A stretch of 64,000 nucleotides of DNA from Steroidobacteraceae bacterium (GCA_036267535.1 DATAVX010000105.1:237-64236), one strand, 5' to 3'; positions 23,443-32,726 are shown, counted from the stretch's first letter. Made by a program: numbers and translations. The notes: generated by a model not told the origin, from the letters alone.

Positions 23443-25533
23443 ATGAGTCCGGTGATGCGGCCAGCTGGTGTTGAGCAACCCGACGGGGCGGACCAGAGCG
23501 CCATAAAAACGTGGTTGGACGCGCTGGCGAGCGGCAGCTGCGACGCGGCAGCGTTTCTGCAGGCCATGCACGATCGATACAGCGCCGATCCCGAGGGCAA
23601 CTGGGAAGTGCTTTCGCAACTCGACCAATACTATCGACGCGGCAGAATCAGCAGCGACACATTCAAGAGGATTAAGACCGCCCTGGCCGAGTCCGCGCTC
23701 GGTGTGGGTAATAACCCCGCCACCGGTCCGGACGATCGCCCGGTCCCCGCGGCTCGCGATGCGACGCCGCTACGCGATGCGCCTGCGCGCGAAATTCCGG
23801 TGGCGCGGGACATCGTCGCCCCTGCACGCATCGAGCACACCGACGTGTATCCGCGCCGTGACGAAACGCAATCTTTGGATTTTGTAGGCGAAGTCAAGCC
23901 AGGCAGTGTCCTGCGGCGCCGTTACCGGCTGGAAGGCGTGGTGGCGCACGGTGGTACCGGGACGGTGTTTCAAGCCATTGACGAATATCGCTTGGAAACC
24001 CCGGGCAGCCAAAGATTGGCCATCAAAGTGGTGCATGCGGGGGTGGCGAAGCGCGCGGAATTGCTCGCCGACCTGCGGCGGGAATTTCAGTCTCTGCAGC
24101 TGTTGTCGCACCCGCACATCGTGCGCGTATTTGAATTTGATCGCGACGGTCCGGTGATGTTTTTCACCATGGAATTGCTCAATGGCGCATTGCTGAGCCG
24201 CGTATTGCAGGTGAGAAAGCTCGTTCATCTGGGGCACCCTGAGGCATTGGCATTGATTCGCGACATCGGCGTCGCGGTCGCTCACGCACATTCGCGCGGT
24301 GTGGTGCATGGCGACTTGAGTCCGCAAAATGTCTTCATCACCACGGGCGGGGATTTGCGCGTTCTCAGTTTCGGCGGCGCCCACAAGACTAGTCCGCACT
24401 CCACGGCATCGGATCATGAGCTGACCTTGCCATTCGCCGCGTCGGGATTTGCAAGTTGCCAGGTGCTCGAGGGCGAGCAGCCCGATGTGCGCGACGATGT
24501 GTTCTCGATGGCGTGCATCGCTTATCTGTTGATGAGCGGCCAGCACCCCTTTTCCTCCAAAAGGACGGCGATCCAAGCACGCGATGCGGGCCTGAAGGTG
24601 CAGCGACCTTCCAATCTGAGCAATCAGCAGTGGCAGGCGCTCAAGCGCGCCCTTGCATGGGAACGCGAGGGACGGCCGGCCGATATGCAACGCTGGCTTC
24701 GCCATCTCGAGCTGAAGGGTGCCGCGCAGGGCTTGCCGACGCTGACCGATCTTTTGGAGCCGACGCCGCGCAAGGAGACGAAATCCCGTCTCGCCGCGGC
24801 AGTGCTGGCAGGAATTGCACTGTTGCTCGTGGGCGGCTATTGGTTATCCAGCCGTCGCGACTTGTTGCCGAGCATCGATTCCGGCAAACCGGTAAGCGTT
24901 CCCGCGACCCCACCCGATGTCGATCAGCGCAAGCCGCCGCCGTCTGCCGCATCCGCATCGGCGCCTCCCGCAGCGCCGGCATTGCGCGGCGCCACCGCCC
25001 CGCCGACCACGGCCGCGCCTGCGCCTGCGCCTGCGCCTGCGCCTACGCGCCAGACAGCAACACCCCCGCCCCAGACGGCAACACCAAAGCCGCAGACGGC
25101 AGCACCAAAGCCGCAGACGACAGCACCAAAGCCGCAGACAACAGCAGTTGCGGCGGCAGCACCGGCTGCCGCGGCGCCTGACTCCTCAGTGCGCGGCTCG
25201 AAAATTGAGCTGGCTGCGGACACGATCGACATTCCAGCGGGCGAGGCGTCCGCCCAGATCTCAGTGCAACGCAAAGGTAGTTTGCGGGGCGAAACAAGCT
25301 TTACCTGGTGGACAGAGTCGGGGACGGCGAAACCCGGCACCGATTTCTCGGCAGCGATGCCGCAGCTCGCGCACATCGGTGACGGGAAATCGAGTGTGAC
25401 GCTAAACGTTGCCTTGAGCAATGCACCGCATGCCCAGGCCAAGAGTTTTTACATTGTGATTGACCAGTCCGAAGGCGGCGCGCCGCTCGGAGCGCGCACA
25501 CTCACAATGGTGACGCTGCAGCCCGGCAACTGA
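23443..25533 (+). CDS. Membrane receptor Ser/Thr-kinase-like protein: cytoplasmic Hanks-type kinase domain, TM helix, Pro-rich linker, and C-terminal Calx-beta-like ectodomain
   Basis: A GAGGAG Shine-Dalgarno sequence precedes the start. Kinase motifs are the G-loop HGGTGTV, LAIKV, HGDLSPQN, SFG (not DFG), and DVFSMACIAYLLMSGQHPF. The TM helix is AAAVLAGIALLLVGGYWL. The C-terminal TWWTESGTAKPGTDF...SFYIVIDQ matches the Calx-beta pattern. Confidence 0.8.
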   Translation: MSPVMRPAGVEQPDGADQSAIKTWLDALASGSCDAAAFLQAMHDRYSADPEGNWEVLSQLDQYYRRGRISSDTFKRIKTALAESALGVGNNPATGPDDRPVPAARDATPLRDAPAREIPVARDIVAPARIEHTDVYPRRDETQSLDFVGEVKPGSVLRRRYRLEGVVAHGGTGTVFQAIDEYRLETPGSQRLAIKVVHAGVAKRAELLADLRREFQSLQLLSHPHIVRVFEFDRDGPVMFFTMELLNGALLSRVLQVRKLVHLGHPEALALIRDIGVAVAHAHSRGVVHGDLSPQNVFITTGGDLRVLSFGGAHKTSPHSTASDHELTLPFAASGFASCQVLEGEQPDVRDDVFSMACIAYLLMSGQHPFSSKRTAIQARDAGLKVQRPSNLSNQQWQALKRALAWEREGRPADMQRWLRHLELKGAAQGLPTLTDLLEPTPRKETKSRLAAAVLAGIALLLVGGYWLSSRRDLLPSIDSGKPVSVPATPPDVDQRKPPPSAASASAPPAAPALRGATAPPTTAAPAPAPAPAPTRQTATPPPQTATPKPQTAAPKPQTTAPKPQTTAVAAAAPAAAAPDSSVRGSKIELAADTIDIPAGEASAQISVQRKGSLRGETSFTWWTESGTAKPGTDFSAAMPQLAHIGDGKSSVTLNVALSNAPHAQAKSFYIVIDQSEGGAPLGARTLTMVTLQPGN
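25015..25044. repeat. Tandem hexamer (GCGCCT)x5 in the kinase-like gene, encoding (AP)5
   Basis: Read directly from the sequence. Confidence 0.9.
25069..25146. repeat. 21-bp tandem repeat of about 3.7 units in the kinase-like gene, encoding PQTA(T/A)PK
   Basis: The units are CCCCAGACGGCAACACCAAAG, CCGCAGACGGCAGCACCAAAG, CCGCAGACGACAGCACCAAAG, and a partial CCGCAGACAACAGCA. Confidence 0.9.
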
Positions 25534-25535
25534 AC

Positions 25536-27080
25536 TCAAGACCCGCTTATCTTCGGGGAATAAAGGCCCGCGAAGGTATTGCGCAGAAGGTTTTTTTGCA
25601 CCTTGCCCATGCTATTTCGCGGCAGCTCGTCGATGAGCAGAACGCGTTTCGGGACCTTGTAGCGGGCCAATCTAGGCTTCACGGATTCAACGATGGCTTG
25701 CTCCGAGAGTACAGCGCCTGATTTGGCCACGACAACCGCGGTCACCCCCTCGCCGAAGTCCGGATGCGGAATGCCGAACACCGCGCTCTCTAGCACGCCC
25801 TCGATTGCATCCAGTTCCGATTCAACCTCTTTTGGATAGACGTTGTAGCCGCCGCTGATCACCAAATCCTTGGCCCGGCCGACGATGTGGACGTAGCCGT
25901 TACGATCGATGCGGCCGACATCGCCCGTCTTGAACCAGCCGTCCGCCGTGAATTCGCTGCGGGTCTTCTCCGCGTCGCGCCAATAACCCGCAAATACATT
26001 CGGACCCTTGACTTGCAGGGTACCGATGGCGTCAGACTCGCTCTCGACCGCGCCGGTCTCCGCATTCGTTACCCGCATCGCGACGCCCTGCAGGGGCGGC
26101 CCGACCGAACCGGCTAGCCGCACGCCCTCGTACGGATTTGAAGTGTTCATCATTGTCTCGGACATGCCGTAGCGTTCCAGGATGACGTGTCCGGTGCGCC
26201 GCTGGAATTCCCGATGCGTCTCTGCCAACATCGGGGCGGACCCGGAAACGAAAAGCCGCACCCTCGAAGTCGTCTCTTGGTTCAGATTGCCCTGCTGCAG
26301 CAGACGGGTGTAGTGCGTCGGCACGCCCATGTAAACCGTTGCCCGAGGTAAATGTTCGAGAATGAGCGCGGCATCGAATTTCGGCAGCAGCAGCAAGCTC
26401 GAGCCCGAGGCGAGAACCGTGTTGATCGCCACGAACAATCCATGAATGTGAAACAACGGCAGAGCGTGCAGCAGCACATCGTCGCGGGAAAATCGCCACG
26501 CTTCGACAAGAACGGCCGCATTTGATGCGAGATTGGCGCGGGTCAGCATCGCGCCCTTGGGCCGGCCGGTCGTACCCGAAGTATAGATGATGGCTGCAAT
26601 CGAGTTCAGATCCGGCGTGTTCGGCGGTTTGAATGCCGGATGCGATTCGCGGGCCCGCTGCAACAATGAGCCATCCGCATCCGCGCCCAAGGATTCAATA
26701 TGGGCAACCCCGGCTGCCCGCGCCCGCGCCTCGATCGATGGCCGCTCCCGCGGCCGGAAAACGGCCACGCTTGCCTGAGAGTCGCGCAAAAAGTACTCGA
26801 CCTCATTGGGGGTATTCGCGACATTGATCGGCACAAACACCGCACCCATGCGCAGGCAGGCCACGTACAGAAAGATTGCCTCGGCGGACTTGTCGATTTG
26901 AGCAGCCACTCGGTCGCCGGGTTGCACGCCGCAGCGGATCAACGCCGCGGCCATGCGCCCGGACTCCTCGCGCAGCGCCGCATAGCTGATGTCCGCGCGG
27001 CCCGGCGCCCTGAGAAATAGACGAGTCGAGCTGCGGCCGGCCTCGTCGATCCAGTCGGTCGGATCTCTAAGAATTGCCAT
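25536..27080 (-). CDS. matB: AMP-dependent acyl-CoA synthetase, malonyl-CoA synthetase (MatB)-like
   Basis: GDRVAAQIDKSAEAIFLYVACLRMGAVFVPINVANT closely parallels rhizobial MatB as I recall it. The AMP-binding motifs are YTSGTTGRPKG, and GDVGRIDRNGYVHIVGRAKDLVISGGYNVYPKEVE. No matA or matC gene is adjacent. Confidence 0.65.
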   Translation of the reverse strand: MAILRDPTDWIDEAGRSSTRLFLRAPGRADISYAALREESGRMAAALIRCGVQPGDRVAAQIDKSAEAIFLYVACLRMGAVFVPINVANTPNEVEYFLRDSQASVAVFRPRERPSIEARARAAGVAHIESLGADADGSLLQRARESHPAFKPPNTPDLNSIAAIIYTSGTTGRPKGAMLTRANLASNAAVLVEAWRFSRDDVLLHALPLFHIHGLFVAINTVLASGSSLLLLPKFDAALILEHLPRATVYMGVPTHYTRLLQQGNLNQETTSRVRLFVSGSAPMLAETHREFQRRTGHVILERYGMSETMMNTSNPYEGVRLAGSVGPPLQGVAMRVTNAETGAVESESDAIGTLQVKGPNVFAGYWRDAEKTRSEFTADGWFKTGDVGRIDRNGYVHIVGRAKDLVISGGYNVYPKEVESELDAIEGVLESAVFGIPHPDFGEGVTAVVVAKSGAVLSEQAIVESVKPRLARYKVPKRVLLIDELPRNSMGKVQKNLLRNTFAGLYSPKISGS

Positions 27081-27101
27081 GCGCCGATGATGCCATAGAG
27101 C

Positions 27102-28151
27102 TTATTCCGCCGCCGTCAGCCGCTCCCAGATCGGCGCGATGAGCGCGCCCGGCAGGCCGACATCATCGGCAGTTGCCCGTCCTTCAGCGGACGTGATCAC
27201 GCTTTGCGTCTGCAACAGCGACAATGTTCCCAATAATTCGCCCACGCACAACGCCATCGTCAGCGCCTCCTCGGGCGATCTCTCGATGGCGGCCACCAGA
27301 CGCGGCGACGTCTCCCAGTGCCGGGCAATGCGCTTCGAAACCTGCGGTCCTAACGCCGCCGTCAGCGCGACCATGAGCGTGGGATTCGGCACGACTTGCG
27401 GACGCCGCGAGTACATTTCGAGAGCCGCGCCGTATACAACCAGCGGCCCCAATGCGCTCAATAAAATGATCAGTTGCGCCTCGAATCGGTCTTGCGGCTG
27501 GGTCTTTACAGCATACATTTCCGCTGCCCGTGCGGCGCGCTCCGTTCGTTCCCACAGCATGCGTGGAAAGCGCGGGAAATTGCTGCGGGTCGCTCGAAAC
27601 ACCGGCTGCAGCATGGCCGTAGCCACGAGCCCGCGCAGCGCATCCACGCCGAGCACCACGATCGCACGCTGAATGGTCTCGATTGGGACCGGCGAAGTTC
27701 GATAGAGCGCAGAGTTCGCAAGACGCAGGACATCCGCGGTCAGCACCGGGTCGTGCGCGATGATGCGGGAAAGCTTTTCGGTGGCCGTGCGCGGATCATC
27801 CACGGCCCGCATCAGCTGCGGCATCAATGTCGGGCGGCGCGGGAAATACTTCGGATCCGGTGTGTCCGTTTGCAGTGCGGCGGCAACCGCGTCTCTGATT
27901 TGCGCTTGCGCAGGCTCCAATAGCTGTGCCTCTGACGGCGCCGCAAAGGCAAGCTTCCAAAGGCGTTCGGTCACCAAGTTGTTCGCAAGTTCAGCGCGCG
28001 CGGAATCGGGGACCGCAGCAGACCCTTGCCTGTGTCCTCGCGCGGCCGCGGACGAAGCAGCGGCCTTCGGACCGGCCGCGCGCGCGCGAAAAATCACCCA
28101 GGCCCCCAGGCCAAGCAGGCTCGCAATCGCAAAGGCAGCAGCCAGAACCAT
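27102..28151 (-). CDS. Membrane-anchored HDOD domain protein
   Basis: The start is taken at ATG 28151 (MVLAAAFAIASLLGLGAWVIF, a TM helix). The HDOD block is LMPQLMRAVDDPRTATEKLSRIIAHDPVLTADVLRLANSALY...IVVLGVDALRGL. The longer ORF would overlap slyX. Confidence 0.75.
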   Translation of the reverse strand: MVLAAAFAIASLLGLGAWVIFRARAAGPKAAASSAAARGHRQGSAAVPDSARAELANNLVTERLWKLAFAAPSEAQLLEPAQAQIRDAVAAALQTDTPDPKYFPRRPTLMPQLMRAVDDPRTATEKLSRIIAHDPVLTADVLRLANSALYRTSPVPIETIQRAIVVLGVDALRGLVATAMLQPVFRATRSNFPRFPRMLWERTERAARAAEMYAVKTQPQDRFEAQLIILLSALGPLVVYGAALEMYSRRPQVVPNPTLMVALTAALGPQVSKRIARHWETSPRLVAAIERSPEEALTMALCVGELLGTLSLLQTQSVITSAEGRATADDVGLPGALIAPIWERLTAAE

Positions 28152-28164
28152 GCTTCGTGACCTC

Positions 28165-28377
28165 TCAATAATGCGGCGGCCGTTCCTGCTCCAGCGTGCG
28201 CGGTTCATCGCTCGGCGCGCCCGCCAGCCGGTCTTTGAGAACCTTGAGCTGCGCCTCCAAGGCGAGTATTTCCTTGTGCTGCCGAAACACCGCGTCGCTG
28301 AGCTCATTCATCGCCTGCTCCAGATATGCAATTTTCGTTTGCACCCCTTCCAACGGGTCTTGCTGCGGAACAGTCAA
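28165..28377 (-). CDS. slyX: SlyX family protein
   Basis: This 70-aa coiled coil has the typical ...KIAYLEQAMNELSDAVFRQHKEILALEAQLKVLKDRL pattern. Confidence 0.8.
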   Translation of the reverse strand: MTVPQQDPLEGVQTKIAYLEQAMNELSDAVFRQHKEILALEAQLKVLKDRLAGAPSDEPRTLEQERPPHY

Positions 28378-28522
28378 TGTTTCATGCCCTAAAATAAATA
28401 GTCGGCCGTGTACGCGGCGCGCAGCTAGTGTCCATGCGGGGGATCAGCTGAAGTTGCATGGCGGCATTATGTCAGGAGACCGGCGGACGAGTTAACGGTA
28501 AGTGCGCTATTGTGCGCATGTC

Positions 28523-29203
28523 ATGCCAAGAAAGCCTCAGAGGCGCGTACTCGCGATTGATGTCGGCGGCAGTCATGTGAAGACCCGGATCTCGGGCCGC
28601 CGCGAAGTGCGCCTGTTTGAATCCGGAGCCTTGACGCCGCGCCTGATGGTTTCGCGCGTTCTCAAGCTCAATAGCGATTTGAAATATGATGTCGTTTCCA
28701 TCGGCTACCCCGGCGTGGTCGTGCACGGCAAGATCGTTACCGAGCCGTACAATCTAGCGCGCGGCTGGATCGGTTATGACTTTCGTAAAGCATTTGGGCG
28801 TCCGACACTGCTGATGAACGATGCAGCAATGCAGGCGATCGGCAGCTACGAGGGGGGCCGCATGCTATTTCTGGGCCTTGGCACCGGCTTGGGCTCGGCT
28901 CTCATTGTCGATGGCACGGTGGCTCCGATGGAACTCGCTCACCTGCCCTACAAGCACGGCCGCAGCTACGAAGACTACCTGGGTGATCGCGGTCGCCGCC
29001 GTCTCGGCGCCAAAAAGTGGCGCCGCGCAGTCGCGGGCGTCGTCGCACAGCTGAGCAAGGCATTGGAACCCGACTATGTCGTCATCGGAGGCGGCAACGC
29101 TCGGAAGCTCAAAAAGTTGCCCAAGAATGCGCGACTCGGGAACAATGAATTTGCGTTCCGGGGAGGCTTTCGCGTTTGGGGCGCCAATGCGCCCCGTCTC
29201 TGA
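28523..29203 (+). CDS. ROK-family sugar kinase (polyphosphate-glucokinase-like, short form)
   Basis: VLAIDVGGSHVK is the phosphate-1 motif. Other blocks are NDAAMQAIGS, LGLGTGLGSALIV and VVIGGGNA. The start is taken at the internal ATG 28523. Confidence 0.7.
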   Translation: MPRKPQRRVLAIDVGGSHVKTRISGRREVRLFESGALTPRLMVSRVLKLNSDLKYDVVSIGYPGVVVHGKIVTEPYNLARGWIGYDFRKAFGRPTLLMNDAAMQAIGSYEGGRMLFLGLGTGLGSALIVDGTVAPMELAHLPYKHGRSYEDYLGDRGRRRLGAKKWRRAVAGVVAQLSKALEPDYVVIGGGNARKLKKLPKNARLGNNEFAFRGGFRVWGANAPRL

Positions 29204-29241
29204 CTGGCCGCGGCCCGCGCCGATGGCGAAGCCATTCAGGT

Positions 29242-30165
29242 TCATTTTACCTTGCGCAACTCGAATCCCAGCCGCGGGAAATGCACGATCACTTTCCCCG
29301 CACGCGGATCTTCGCGCGCAATCGAAATTCGGTCGCGGGCAGCGCTGTGGAGAACTCTCTCGATGGGATCGACTCCGGTGTCGGTTGCGGCGATAACGAC
29401 CCTATCGCCGCTGGCGAGGCCGTGTGTGTCGCTATTCCCCGTCGATTCCAGCGGGGTCGAATCATGGGCGATGGTAATGGCCGCGCCGCTGCTGAGTTTC
29501 TCATGAGAGCCGTGGCCGAACGCCGCCATGCGTGCGCGCCAGCTGCGCAGCGCCGGATAGGAATCGAGAATCTTCGCGACCGGGCCGCCGCGTTCGACAA
29601 ACCACAGGCAGTGAAAAATCGAAAAATCCGCGAGAGTCACGGCGGATCCGAAAAAGAAAAGTCGCGCGCCGAGAGTTTGCTCCAATCGATCCAAATACAA
29701 AGGGAATGCGCCGATGGCATCGCCCGGCCGAATGCGTGGGATGTTGGCGCGAAACACAGTGCGATCATCGCCGAACGCCTTGACGGTCTCGGGCGGCGCG
29801 CCTTCGAACACATGCGGCAGTCCTGCCGGCTGCATGGTGTAGGGTATTGCCGTCCAAAAGAGCGTCGAATCCGCCCATTGGGCGAGGATACGCGCCGCCC
29901 CGGTGATGCCGCCCGGAAATAGCGGCGGCTGCGGCGCATGTTCCTCGATGACGTCCGCAATCAGGGCGGTATCGCAGTAAATGTCCGCGCCAATTTGCAG
30001 CACCGGCGTCTTGCGGTAGCCGCCGGTGAGCGCGGTGACATCCGGCTTCGGCATGATGTTGGGGATCAGGACCGAGGACCAATGCAGTCCCTTGAACCCC
30101 AAGATGAGCCGAATCTTTTCGGCGAAAGGCGACATCGGATAGTGGTGAAGGATGAGCTGTCGCAT
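29242..30165 (-). CDS. Glutathione S-transferase family protein with an extra C-terminal domain of about 90 aa
   Basis: The GST N-terminal thioredoxin-like block is LILHHYPMSPFAEKIRLILGFKGLHW...YRKTPVLQIGADIYCDTALI. At 307 aa it is longer than the usual 200-230 aa. Confidence 0.75.
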   Translation of the reverse strand: MRQLILHHYPMSPFAEKIRLILGFKGLHWSSVLIPNIMPKPDVTALTGGYRKTPVLQIGADIYCDTALIADVIEEHAPQPPLFPGGITGAARILAQWADSTLFWTAIPYTMQPAGLPHVFEGAPPETVKAFGDDRTVFRANIPRIRPGDAIGAFPLYLDRLEQTLGARLFFFGSAVTLADFSIFHCLWFVERGGPVAKILDSYPALRSWRARMAAFGHGSHEKLSSGAAITIAHDSTPLESTGNSDTHGLASGDRVVIAATDTGVDPIERVLHSAARDRISIAREDPRAGKVIVHFPRLGFELRKVK

Positions 30166-30171
30166 GTGCTC

Positions 30172-31203
30172 TTAGTACAGTCGAACCAATTGTTTGCCGA
30201 AGTTATGGCCCCTCAGCATGCCGATGAAGGCCGATGGCGCCGCCTCGAGGCCGTCAGCGACGGACTCTCGATATTTCAATTTTCCCGATATGAGGAGGCC
30301 GGCCAGCGCCGTCAGGCCCTCCGGCCAGAGGTTCAAATGATCGGAGATAATAAAGCCTTGCATCTTGAAGCGCGCCACCAGAAACATTGCCGGATTCAGG
30401 ATGGCGCTCTTCAGCATTTGACCCGGCGTCGCGTTGTAGTCGGCGATGAGCCCGCAAATTGCGACGCGCGCGAACGGATTGAGCAACGTCATCACCGCGT
30501 TCAATACGTCGCCGCCGACATTTTCAAAATGCGCGTCCACGCCGTTCGGAGCGGCGGCGGCAATCAAGGCAGCCAGCGATTTGGCATCGCGGGCCGTCTT
30601 ATAGTCGATGCAGGCATCGAAGCCCAGCTCGTCGGTGACATAGCGGCACTTGTTCGGTCCGCCGGCAATGCCGACCACGCGCACCCCGGCGATGCGCGCC
30701 AGCTGACCGACCACGCTTCCCACGGCGCCGGCTGCCGCACTGACCACCACGGTATCGCCGCGCTTGGGCTCCATGATCTTGTTGTAGCCATACCAAGCGG
30801 TCATGCCCGGCATCCCGACCGCGCCCAAGTAAGCCGAGAGCGGAATCCGCCGCGCGTCGACCTTGGCGAGGCCTTCGGCCTTGCTGAGACCATGATCAGC
30901 CCAACCCAGCATGCCGCGCACGGTGTCGCCGACCGCAAATTGGCTGCTGCGCGATTCCACCACGTCGCCCACCGCCGCGCCGCCCATGGTCTCGTTCAGC
31001 ATTTGCGGCATGGCATAGGATTTCGCATCGTTCATGCGTCCCCGCATATAAGGATCGAGCGACAGATACCGGTTGCGGACGCGGACTTCTCCCTCGGCCA
31101 ACGCTGGTGCGGGCACTTCTTCGAGGCGGAAATTCTCTTCAGTGGGCCAGCCATGGGGCCGAGAGGCCAGCACTATGCGGCGATAAGATTCAGCCATCGG
31201 CAA
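30172..31203 (-). CDS. NADP-dependent oxidoreductase, medium-chain (YncB/CurA / alkenal-reductase-like)
   Basis: Family blocks are VLASRPHGWPTEENFRLEE, GMPGMTAWYG and VVSAAAGAVGSVVGQLA (the nucleotide-binding motif). Confidence 0.85.
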   Translation of the reverse strand: MPMAESYRRIVLASRPHGWPTEENFRLEEVPAPALAEGEVRVRNRYLSLDPYMRGRMNDAKSYAMPQMLNETMGGAAVGDVVESRSSQFAVGDTVRGMLGWADHGLSKAEGLAKVDARRIPLSAYLGAVGMPGMTAWYGYNKIMEPKRGDTVVVSAAAGAVGSVVGQLARIAGVRVVGIAGGPNKCRYVTDELGFDACIDYKTARDAKSLAALIAAAAPNGVDAHFENVGGDVLNAVMTLLNPFARVAICGLIADYNATPGQMLKSAILNPAMFLVARFKMQGFIISDHLNLWPEGLTALAGLLISGKLKYRESVADGLEAAPSAFIGMLRGHNFGKQLVRLY

Positions 31204-31636
31204 CGGCTCCGGATTTTAGGTATTTAAATGTTCCCATCGACTTCGCGATCAACCGACCTTCGGAATCGCGCACTTCGCCTTCGCAAAACGCCATGGTCGT
31301 GGAACGGTGGTACGCATAACCGGCGACGAGCAGGCGTGAACCTTGTTTCGCGGGCTGCAGAAAGCAGGTGCTCATCTCCACCGTGACGCCGCCGCCCGCG
31401 CCCGCATTGAGCGTTCGCCCCGCAACCGCCATCGCAACGTCGAGCAGCGACATCAGCACGCCGCCATGCGCGACGGACCAGCTATTGAGATGCCAAGGCT
31501 CGAGGTTGAGCGCCACTTGCGATCGGCCGTCGGCGGCGCTCAAGAACTCGACGCCGAGCTCTTTGATGAAAGGGACATTTAGTCGAAGGGCGGTCGGTTG
31601 AGTCACACGAAACCGTACCTTGCGCCGCCGGTGCAT
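31190..31636 (-). CDS. PaaI-family hotdog-fold thioesterase
   Basis: NSWSVAHGGVLMSLLDVAMAVA...TVEMSTCFLQPA is a typical PaaI/4HBT block. The start is taken at ATG 31636, which gives 148 aa. The gene overlaps the downstream oxidoreductase start by 14 nt. Confidence 0.75.
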   Translation of the reverse strand: MHRRRKVRFRVTQPTALRLNVPFIKELGVEFLSAADGRSQVALNLEPWHLNSWSVAHGGVLMSLLDVAMAVAGRTLNAGAGGGVTVEMSTCFLQPAKQGSRLLVAGYAYHRSTTMAFCEGEVRDSEGRLIAKSMGTFKYLKSGAVADG

Positions 31637-31691
31637 GTCAATCAATCGGTGCGCCGGGGCCGGCAGGTTGCTGGCACAATGCCGAAGCATC

Positions 31692-32726
31692 ATGACAGCC
31701 GGTACCGCCAGTATTTTACGAATTGCGACCGCGCTGCTCGAGACCCTGCTGATTGTCATAGGGGCAATTTGGGGCGGCCTGGCGCTCTGGTATCAGGCGC
31801 CCGGTACGCAATTCAAGAACGGCCTCATTCTTCTGTGGGGCGGCCTTACAGCGGGTGTATTGATGCTGCTCTGGCGGGGCGGCGCCGGGCTCGCGTTCAC
31901 AAGCTTTGCGCTGATCTTTGCGGTTCTGCTCGTCTGGTGGCGGAGCATCCTGCCGACCAATCGGCGCGATTGGGCGGACGATGTGGCGCAAATCACCCAA
32001 GGCACGATCGAGGGTTGCCTCGTCACGCTGCGCAATGTGCGAAACTTCGAATGGCGCAGCAACACCGATTTCACGCCGCGCTGGGAAACCCGCACCTACA
32101 ATCTCGACCGGCTCAATTCGGTCGACATGATCATGTCATATTGGGACGGCTGGGCCATCGCGCATATGCTGATATCGTTCGGTTTCGAGGACGGCCAGCA
32201 CGTGGCCTTTTCCGTCGAAGTACGGCGTCAGAAAAACAGGATCTATTCCGAGATCGGCGGATTCTTCAAGCGGGACGGCCTGAGCATCATCGCGGCCGAC
32301 GAGCGCGACGTCATCAGGGTCCGCACCAACGTCCGCGGCGAGGACGACTACCTGTACCGGATCCGCATGCCGCGAGCCGCGATGCGTTCGCTATTTCTCG
32401 GCTACGTTGAGCAGGCTGACAATCTTGTCGATACGCCGCGCTTCTACAACACCATCACGGTCAACTGCACCATGCTGGTTTATCACATGATGAAGAGGAT
32501 CGTCGGTTATCTGCCCTGGAGCTATCGCTTGTTGTTCACCGGCTATTTGCCCGCGTATGTGTATCGAGTCGGAGGCTTGGATGAGCGCTATATACTTGCA
32601 GAGCTCAAGAGCATGGGACGAATTACGGATCGCGCCAGGCAATCGGACCGCAGCGAGACATTTTCCGAAGACATCCGCAAGGGAATTCCCGCGATTGAGT
32701 CCGCGGATCCGCCGGGCGCCGGTTAG
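31692..32726 (+). CDS. DUF4105 (Lnb N-terminal-like) domain membrane protein
   Basis: N-terminal TM helices precede the block RDWADDVAQITQGTIEGCLVTLRNVRNFEWRS...VDMIMSYW, typical of DUF4105. The start is taken at the internal ATG 31692 to avoid overlapping the divergent paaI-like gene. Confidence 0.65.
   Translation: MTAGTASILRIATALLETLLIVIGAIWGGLALWYQAPGTQFKNGLILLWGGLTAGVLMLLWRGGAGLAFTSFALIFAVLLVWWRSILPTNRRDWADDVAQITQGTIEGCLVTLRNVRNFEWRSNTDFTPRWETRTYNLDRLNSVDMIMSYWDGWAIAHMLISFGFEDGQHVAFSVEVRRQKNRIYSEIGGFFKRDGLSIIAADERDVIRVRTNVRGEDDYLYRIRMPRAAMRSLFLGYVEQADNLVDTPRFYNTITVNCTMLVYHMMKRIVGYLPWSYRLLFTGYLPAYVYRVGGLDERYILAELKSMGRITDRARQSDRSETFSEDIRKGIPAIESADPPGAG

Noticed and set aside
28152-28307. 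N-terminal extension of the HDOD ORF (the 401-aa version).
   Set aside because: It would overlap the well-supported slyX gene (28165-28377) on the same strand in another frame. ATG 28151 starts right at the predicted TM helix.
29938-31227. 429-aa + strand ORF spanning the GST and oxidoreductase genes.
   Set aside because: It is antisense to two genes with strong family motifs. The composition is His/Arg/Gly-rich, and there is no ribosome-binding site and no recognisable domain.
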